In this document: positions 58,108-64,000 of the stretch, one piece after another
How the letters are laid out: each line of letters begins with the position of its first letter
How positions within the stretch are numbered: the stretch's first letter is position 1
NCBI GenBank assembly: GCA_918797485.1
Contig: CAKKNE010000002.1
Span: 3,844,001-3,908,000, forward strand
Direction: 5' to 3'
Length of the DNA stretch: 64,000 nucleotides
DNA from: Pelagomonas calceolata
Taxonomy: Eukaryota
Program-made: the position numbers and the translations under genes
Notes under the pieces: generated by a model
What the model was told of the DNA's origin: nothing
The model's database searches: none
Seen by the model: only the letters and a program-made list of their open reading frames with translations

Positions 58108-60954
58108 ATGGCGGCGCGCAGCGCGACGCCGGACTTCGGGGACGACGGCGTGGATGAGGTCGACGGCCGGTTTCCGGAGCCTGTTGCAGAGCCGCGATCC
58201 GATGCGGACGACCCGCCGGCGCTGACGTCCGGTTTCTTCGGGCGGCGCAAGGTCGTGCCGCCGATCGGTGAAGCGAAGACGCCAACTTCTACGAAGAGCC
58301 GGACGTCGCAAGCGGAGGAGAAGCTCGAGGAGATGCTCGAGTCAGGTAAGCACTTCCTCGAAGGATTGGGCACGGGACGGCACGGTGTCAAAAGGCAGGA
58401 CACCCTCGACAAGAACTACTGGTTATCCCTAGAAGACGAGGCGTCCAAAAGCAAACAGTTCGGGAGCCACCCCGACTTAATACTAAAACAGAAGAACCGC
58501 AAGAAGTGCCGCCTGCGATCTATCGAGCAGTGCGAGTTCCCCAAATCACTCAAAGATAAGAATCTGTGGGTGTTGAATCCGCAGAATAGGTATTCCTGGG
58601 ACTTGACGATTCTAGTGTTGATTATTCTGGTGATGGTCCTGGCGCCGTTTGAAATCGCGTTTGTCCGCGCGTCGGTCGGTTTCAACCGGAACGCATGTAA
58701 TACGAACCACGCGGGCCCGGAGTGCCATAAAGGTTTTTTACATCCTGATAGAGTTGGCTTGTTCGTCGTGAACTTGTTTATTGATATATGTTTTGTGGCG
58801 GATATCTTTCTGACGCTGAATACGGCGTACTTCGATTCTGGTTCAGGTGACTGGGTCATCGACCACTGGCACATCTTCCTGAATTATCTGCGGAGCTGGC
58901 TGATCTTGGATATCCTGTCGGTGTTGCCGTGGGAGTTCATGCAGATCAACGGCAACGCGTCTGTTTTACGATTGGCGAAGTGCATGCGGTTGTTGAAATT
59001 ACTACGGGTCCTGAAACAACCAAGAATCATGGCGCGGCTCAATCGCCATTGTACGATCCGGGCGGAGATGCTGACGGTTATGAAATACCTAACATTATTC
59101 ATGTTCCAGATCCACTTTGGGGCGTGTATCCTACGAGCCATCGACGGCGAGGTCTTACGACAGAACTGCGACTTCCACGAGTACCGGGACATGCACATGC
59201 GCCACTTCGACGGGGCCAAACCAGGATTCGGGCGCGGATCCGACCACTGTCCCATGGATCTCGTGAAGGGCGAGTGTCCGGTGTCTTGTCCACTAACAGT
59301 TTTAGGATTCTACTGGAACCAGGGCATCTGGCCCCAGTACATCGGGGCCATAGCCTGGACGCTGGGCTGCATGCAGGGCGAGCTGAACGGGAATAACGTC
59401 GCGGAGCTATTACTGAATGTAGCTATGTCGATCGCGGGTATGATTATTTTGGCCTTTTTGGTGGGGGACTTGTGCAATGCGGTGAGTAACATGGATCCGG
59501 TCAAGAACGACTTTACCTTGGCCTTTGACTCGCTGAACAATTATATCGATGAAGTGAAACCACCACCATCCCTAAGATACAAATTACGGGAGTTCATGTC
59601 GCTGTCGGAGGTGGTCTTCCGGGAGGACTACCACCGAGGCTTACTCGAACGATTGAGTCCGGGATTGCTGTCGGTGGTAGCGCAACATAACCTGGCTGGT
59701 ATTGTAGTGCAACTCCCATTCTACGTCGACACGTTACATAGAGCATATAACTTATTACCCACCGACCATCTGGTGCTGAAGGGCGGACGAAACGCGAAGT
59801 TAATAAAAATTATCCCCAAGATGCTCGCGCTGCAGGTCCATTTTGAGGGAGACAGTCAGTCACGTATGGTTAAAATGGAGATGGTCGATGGTACCAGATT
59901 TGTGGTCAAGTACCCGAGGAACGCCGACGACGTGCAGCACGACAAAGAAGATACGTTTAAGAAGCGGTGGGCCACTCTTATTAGAGTACATAGCAAATTC
60001 TTATTATGTGACGTCCTTTTTGACGAAAAGCTAGATGAGAACTTCAAGCGCTTCCAAACGATACCGATGAACTGGATCGACACGCACTCCTACGGCACGG
60101 CGCATTCGAAGGCGCGCATGGCCCGGGCCTTGTATGAAGAAAATAGGTTCGTCGTTGCGGTGACGCAAAGACTCACCACTCGACTCTACATGCCGAAAGA
60201 TACATTGATACGAAATAATTGTTCCTTGGTGGACGAGATGTACGTCGTGCACAGTGGCAAGGCCATGACCTTTGGTAGACATACTGTGCAATTATTATCC
60301 ATCAAGTTTAAAGGTGTTGATGATATAATGGGCGACGACATCTGTACCTTACTGGTGGGTGATCGCTTGCACCGTCGACGACACTTCACGGCGAAGGCCG
60401 AGTCCGTACTGCACGTCTTCGTGTTAAATGGAGACACGTTCTGCGAGATTGTGGAAAGCGGTAGTTTTGACGAATTCAGACTAGGAGTGAAGCGCTACGG
60501 CTGCTTCCTGCGCATCCAACGCGCCTTGATCATCCAGACGCGAGCGCGCATGGGCATGGGCGGCTGCACGTTAGCTAACTCGCATGCGATGACCTACGAA
60601 GAACAGGCGACCGAGGCCTTATCTCCTAGGTCAATGAGGCGGAACGCGAACCTCCATTTATCGCGGGACGAGGAGCAAGCTTTGGAAAGTGATAGAGTGT
60701 TGTCCGCGTTGCGAGACGTCCAGAGCGATCTCGCGAAGCTCGCGGCGGCGCCTGCTGCCGTTAGAAGGGCGTTTGCCGAGGACAACGGCGACTTGGCGGC
60801 CTTGGCGCCCGTGTTTGGGGATCTAAAACGGCGCGTCGTCGGCGCCCTCGCCAAAAAAGTGACGCAGGGCCGGCGGCAGCGCCTCTCCGTCGTCTCGCGG
60901 CAGGAGGAGCAGAACATCCAGCGCGCCGCGGGCTTCCGCCAGGCCGTGGTTTGA
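58108..60954 (+). CDS. Voltage-gated channel of the CNBD (HCN/EAG/CNG) superfamily with atypical pore
   Basis: WD in S1, DIFLTLNTAY, YLRSWLILDILSVLP, S4 LRLAKCMRLLKLLRV, C-linker, CNBD-like DEMYVVHSG. Confidence 0.85.
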   Translation: MAARSATPDFGDDGVDEVDGRFPEPVAEPRSDADDPPALTSGFFGRRKVVPPIGEAKTPTSTKSRTSQAEEKLEEMLESGKHFLEGLGTGRHGVKRQDTLDKNYWLSLEDEASKSKQFGSHPDLILKQKNRKKCRLRSIEQCEFPKSLKDKNLWVLNPQNRYSWDLTILVLIILVMVLAPFEIAFVRASVGFNRNACNTNHAGPECHKGFLHPDRVGLFVVNLFIDICFVADIFLTLNTAYFDSGSGDWVIDHWHIFLNYLRSWLILDILSVLPWEFMQINGNASVLRLAKCMRLLKLLRVLKQPRIMARLNRHCTIRAEMLTVMKYLTLFMFQIHFGACILRAIDGEVLRQNCDFHEYRDMHMRHFDGAKPGFGRGSDHCPMDLVKGECPVSCPLTVLGFYWNQGIWPQYIGAIAWTLGCMQGELNGNNVAELLLNVAMSIAGMIILAFLVGDLCNAVSNMDPVKNDFTLAFDSLNNYIDEVKPPPSLRYKLREFMSLSEVVFREDYHRGLLERLSPGLLSVVAQHNLAGIVVQLPFYVDTLHRAYNLLPTDHLVLKGGRNAKLIKIIPKMLALQVHFEGDSQSRMVKMEMVDGTRFVVKYPRNADDVQHDKEDTFKKRWATLIRVHSKFLLCDVLFDEKLDENFKRFQTIPMNWIDTHSYGTAHSKARMARALYEENRFVVAVTQRLTTRLYMPKDTLIRNNCSLVDEMYVVHSGKAMTFGRHTVQLLSIKFKGVDDIMGDDICTLLVGDRLHRRRHFTAKAESVLHVFVLNGDTFCEIVESGSFDEFRLGVKRYGCFLRIQRALIIQTRARMGMGGCTLANSHAMTYEEQATEALSPRSMRRNANLHLSRDEEQALESDRVLSALRDVQSDLAKLAAAPAAVRRAFAEDNGDLAALAPVFGDLKRRVVGALAKKVTQGRRQRLSVVSRQEEQNIQRAAGFRQAVV

Positions 60955-60991
60955 GAATTCCTACATCGTAATTCGACTTATCTTTACACAA

Positions 60992-61981
60992 CTAATAGCC
61001 TTTTGCTAGCTCGTCGACCGCGACCGCCGCAAATAAACCTCCGGGGCTCCCCTGCTTGATCACGAGCAGCTCGTCGTCGAGGAACATGACGTCGAAGAAC
61101 GCGGGGTTGCTCGCGGCGTCGCGCGGGTCCTCGTCGTCTCCTACACTAAATATCCGCCGCTGGACATCTAACCCAATTTGCGGCAGGTCCACCTTTGGTT
61201 TTGGTAGCCAGTCGGGCACCTCCTGGCCGAGGATCGCGAGCTGCTCGGCGCCGACGGATTCGAAGCTCAGGCCCACGCGCGTCGCCGAGCGTGGTCGGGC
61301 TCTCGTCTGGACACGCAGCCGCGTTGTCGTCGCGAGTTTCGAGGCGGCGTCTGGGGGCAGGTTCGCCAGCAACCTGCGTCGGGAGATATTCTCTCGAATG
61401 GGTGAGTCGTCGGCGACGTCAAGGGACCTCGTCGGACTCGCGGAAACGCACCGCGGGAACGAGTCGATCACGTTCACCACGACCGGCAGCTCGCGCGCGT
61501 CCTGGTAGATGCCTCCCAGCGAGGCGAGCGGGTTCGCGGCCAGCGTCGAGACGTCGGACGCGCTCGTGTAGACGAGTCGCCAGCATTTCCGCAGCGGCGC
61601 GTCGGCCGCGCCCTCCGCTAGACCCCGCGTCGGCTCGTCCGTCGGCGACAGCGGCGACAGCTCGTCGAGGAGCGCCTCGATTTCTTGTCTATCCGCCGGC
61701 GACGCCGCGAAACCGCGGTCCGCGGCGGCGCAGGCCGCGAAGAGCTTGGATTTGAGCGCTGCCACGTCTTTCGTCGGCGCCGCGGCGGCCGCTGGTGGTT
61801 CCTCGATGTCGTACGGCGCTGAGCTTTCCGCCCCTCCCTCGACGTCGTAGGACGATGATCTGACAACCACGAAGCGGCCTGTGCTCAAAATGCCGGCGCG
61901 CTTTGTGCTGGCAGTGCTGGTGTGTTTTGTGCTGGGGGGCGCGAGCGCCTTTGCAGCAGCCAGAACGATGATGAGGCGCAT
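60992..61981 (-). CDS. Plastid lipid-associated PAP/fibrillin; probable in-frame intron 61374-61451
   Basis: DRGFAAS, WRLVYTSA, FFDVMFLDDELLVIKQ; signal peptide. Confidence 0.85.
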   Translation of the reverse strand: MRLIIVLAAAKALAPPSTKHTSTASTKRAGILSTGRFVVVRSSSYDVEGGAESSAPYDIEEPPAAAAAPTKDVAALKSKLFAACAAADRGFAASPADRQEIEALLDELSPLSPTDEPTRGLAEGAADAPLRKCWRLVYTSASDVSTLAANPLASLGGIYQDARELPVVVNVIDSFPRCVSASPTRSLDVADDSPIRENISRRRLLANLPPDAASKLATTTRLRVQTRARPRSATRVGLSFESVGAEQLAILGQEVPDWLPKPKVDLPQIGLDVQRRIFSVGDDEDPRDAASNPAFFDVMFLDDELLVIKQGSPGGLFAAVAVDELAKGY

Positions 61982-62065
61982 AGCTGATTATTTTCAGCTA
62001 TAAAGTCGAGCCGTTAGCGATCAATAGGCCTCGTGAAACGAGGATACAAAGGCAGCACGCAGCTC

Positions 62066-62089
62066 GCTAGTGTGTTACATGCCGCTAGC
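62066..62089 (+). promoter_or_regulatory. 24-bp intergenic motif copy
   Basis: gctagtgtgttacatgccgctagc. Confidence 0.75.
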
Positions 62090-62136
62090 TAAAGCTAAGG
62101 CTGCACGCTCAAAAGCAGCAGCACGGATCATAATTG

Positions 62137-63237
62137 ATGGTCAAAGCGAGGCCAAGACTCACCCAGCGAGCCTTTCTGGCCGGCTGCCTAGTACTAGTGC
62201 CTCTGCTGCCTCTTGCACTGATGCAGGGCAAGGCTGCGCCAAAAGAGGTGATCTGGGGCATCATCGGCTGCGGCGATGTGGTAGAAAAGAAATCAGGACC
62301 GGCGCTACAAAATGCACCGCGGAGTCGTGTCGCGGCAACGATGCGTCGAGACAAGGCCAAGGCCGAAGACTTCGCGCGGCGCCACGGCATCCCGAGAGCC
62401 TACGACGACGTCGACGCATTGCTCGCGGACCCCGAGATCAATGCGGTATACATCGCCACGCCGCCGGGGTCGCACTTGGAAATCGCTCTGAAGGTTGCCG
62501 CGGCCGGCTACCCGCTCTACGTCGAGAAGCCGGCCGCTCGCACCGCGAAGGAGTGCGAGACGATGGAGAGGGCTTTCTCGAAGCTGCCGCTCTTCGTAGC
62601 TTATTACCGCCGCGCGTACCCGCGTTACGTGGCGCTCCGCGACGCGCTCCGCGGAGGCCGCCTCGGCACTATTCAGAGCGTCTCCTACGTCTTCGCCCGG
62701 CGGCCGGCGCCGCCGCGCGCCGGCGACTGGCGCCACGACGCGGAGCGCAGCGGTGGTGGTAGGTTTGTCGACATCGGCTCGCACGCGTTGGATCTCATCG
62801 ACTTCCTGCTGGGGCCGCTCGAGCGCGTCCGCGCGTCGGCGACCGGGCCCGCGGGGCAGGTTGAGACGCGCGTCGAGATGCACTTCCGCATCGTCGGAAC
62901 TAGCATCGATGGCACGGCGACGTGGGATTTCGAGGCGTCGGAGGCCGAGGATCTGCTCATTATTTCGGGTTCGGAGGGCTCCGTGCGCGTGCCAGCAGCG
63001 ATGAATGGCCGCGAACTGGTGTGGCCGGACGGCGTCGAGAGCTACGACCCGCCTGACCCGGTCCAGCTACCGCTCGTCACAAAAGTGGTGGACGCGATCC
63101 TCGACGGCTCGGAGTGCCCGTCGACAGCAAGTTCATCGACGCGGACGTCGCGCGCCATCGACGCCGCCCTTGGTCATTATTACGGGGGGCGAAGTGACGC
63201 GTTCTGGGCGCGGCCCGAGACGTGGAATGTTGTGTAA
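62137..63237 (+). CDS. Gfo/Idh/MocA family oxidoreductase
   Basis: WGIIGCGDV, AVYIATPPGSH, YVEKP, GGGRFVDIGSHALD. Confidence 0.9.
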   Translation: MVKARPRLTQRAFLAGCLVLVPLLPLALMQGKAAPKEVIWGIIGCGDVVEKKSGPALQNAPRSRVAATMRRDKAKAEDFARRHGIPRAYDDVDALLADPEINAVYIATPPGSHLEIALKVAAAGYPLYVEKPAARTAKECETMERAFSKLPLFVAYYRRAYPRYVALRDALRGGRLGTIQSVSYVFARRPAPPRAGDWRHDAERSGGGRFVDIGSHALDLIDFLLGPLERVRASATGPAGQVETRVEMHFRIVGTSIDGTATWDFEASEAEDLLIISGSEGSVRVPAAMNGRELVWPDGVESYDPPDPVQLPLVTKVVDAILDGSECPSTASSSTRTSRAIDAALGHYYGGRSDAFWARPETWNVV

Positions 63238-63240
63238 GAA

Positions 63241-64000
63241 CTATGTCTTAACCCCCGTCATGGACGGCCCGTCCCACGTGACGACGCAGCCGCCCGTCGG
63301 CGACTCTAATGAATCATCGCAGCTCGCGTCCGCGTCGTTGTCGAAGGCCGGCTGGCCCGTCGACCGCACGAGATCGCCGAAAATGCGCCCCGTGACCGCG
63401 CAGACCGCCGCGCGGTTCGCAAAATCTTGGAGAGGGATCTCGACGTAGTGCGTGTTCACCGTGCCGACCGCGAAGGCCGTACTACCGCCAAGCGCGCCGT
63501 GCGCCGCGTGCTGCGCCAGTCGCGAACAAAAAATCGTGTCCGCCGCGTTCGAAGGGGCGGAGCGAACGGCGTAGCTCGGGTCCACGTATTTTAAGGAGAT
63601 TGATTCGAGGTTTGCCTTCAGTTGCGCACACAACCACGGCCCGACGTCCCCGTCGACCGTGACGGGACCGTTTCCGTCGATGACACGCGTGTTGACGCCC
63701 TCGGCCACGACGAGAATGCAGTGGTCCTTCTCGTCCAGCTTCTCGTTCACGTACCGTAACAACGCGTCCACCGAGAACGACTTCTCGGGCACGAGGCACG
63801 CGTCCACATCCCCCGGCGCCGCCAAGCAAGCGTGCACCGCCAGGAAGCCCGCGTCGCGGCCCATGAGCCGGACGACGCCCACGCCTCGCCTGTGCGGAAA
63901 TCAATCAGTGCGTCGGGTGCTCAGGCGGAGGACGAAGCGACGATTCTCAGATTTCCACACGGCGCCCCGCGGGAAGCTTCTAGCTTCGACGGACGCGACG
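63241..64000 (-). CDS. PFK: Phosphofructokinase (plant/protist group), C-terminal part; intron 63890-63970
   Basis: Spliced VEARSFPRGVGVVRLMGRDAGF; CLVPE; VVAEG; LKYVDPSYAVRS. Confidence 0.9.
63890..63970 (-). mobile_element. Introner-like GC-AG intron with 13-bp TIR and 8-bp TSD
   Basis: Minus strand GCGGGGCG-ccgtgtggaaatc...gatttccgcacAG-GCGAGGCG; contains an in-frame TGA. Confidence 0.85.

Noticed and set aside
55191..60954. Lower-GC stretch as a horizontally acquired island
   Set aside because: The shift is confined to interiors of long genes, similar to other long CDSs here, with no boundaries or mobility genes

Overview
This is gene-dense, GC-rich eukaryotic nuclear DNA with about 40 protein genes and few short spliceosomal introns. 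I recognised no rRNA, tRNA or CRISPR. Gene content (plastid-division dynamin with a signal peptide, bipartite plastid-type N-termini, ciliary/centriolar proteins, many ankyrin proteins) and introner-type introns suggest a picoplanktonic stramenopile alga, most likely a pelagophyte (inference, not proven). Recognisable genes include a NEK-like kinase, heme oxygenase, sulfotransferase, SEC62, HSPBP1/Fes1, ANK-PP2C, NUDT1, CFAP96-like, ABHD17-like, DRP5B/ARC5, GT49, RRP42-like, phosducin-like, ANK-U-box, a GPI-type phytocyanin, GT41, CysQ, a CNBD channel and PFK. The most unusual signal is non-coding. A ~72-bp dispersed element (8 copies) occurs only downstream of stop codons at head-to-tail gene junctions, always in the sense orientation of the upstream gene. 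It usually co-occurs with a conserved 24-bp CTAG-bounded motif (9 clear copies, all intergenic). Convergent gene pairs are packed 3-130 bp apart with neither element. Also notable: two short GC-AG introns with shared terminal inverted repeats (one keeps an 8-bp target-site duplication) and a ~125-bp foldback. All calls come from manual reading; no database search was run.
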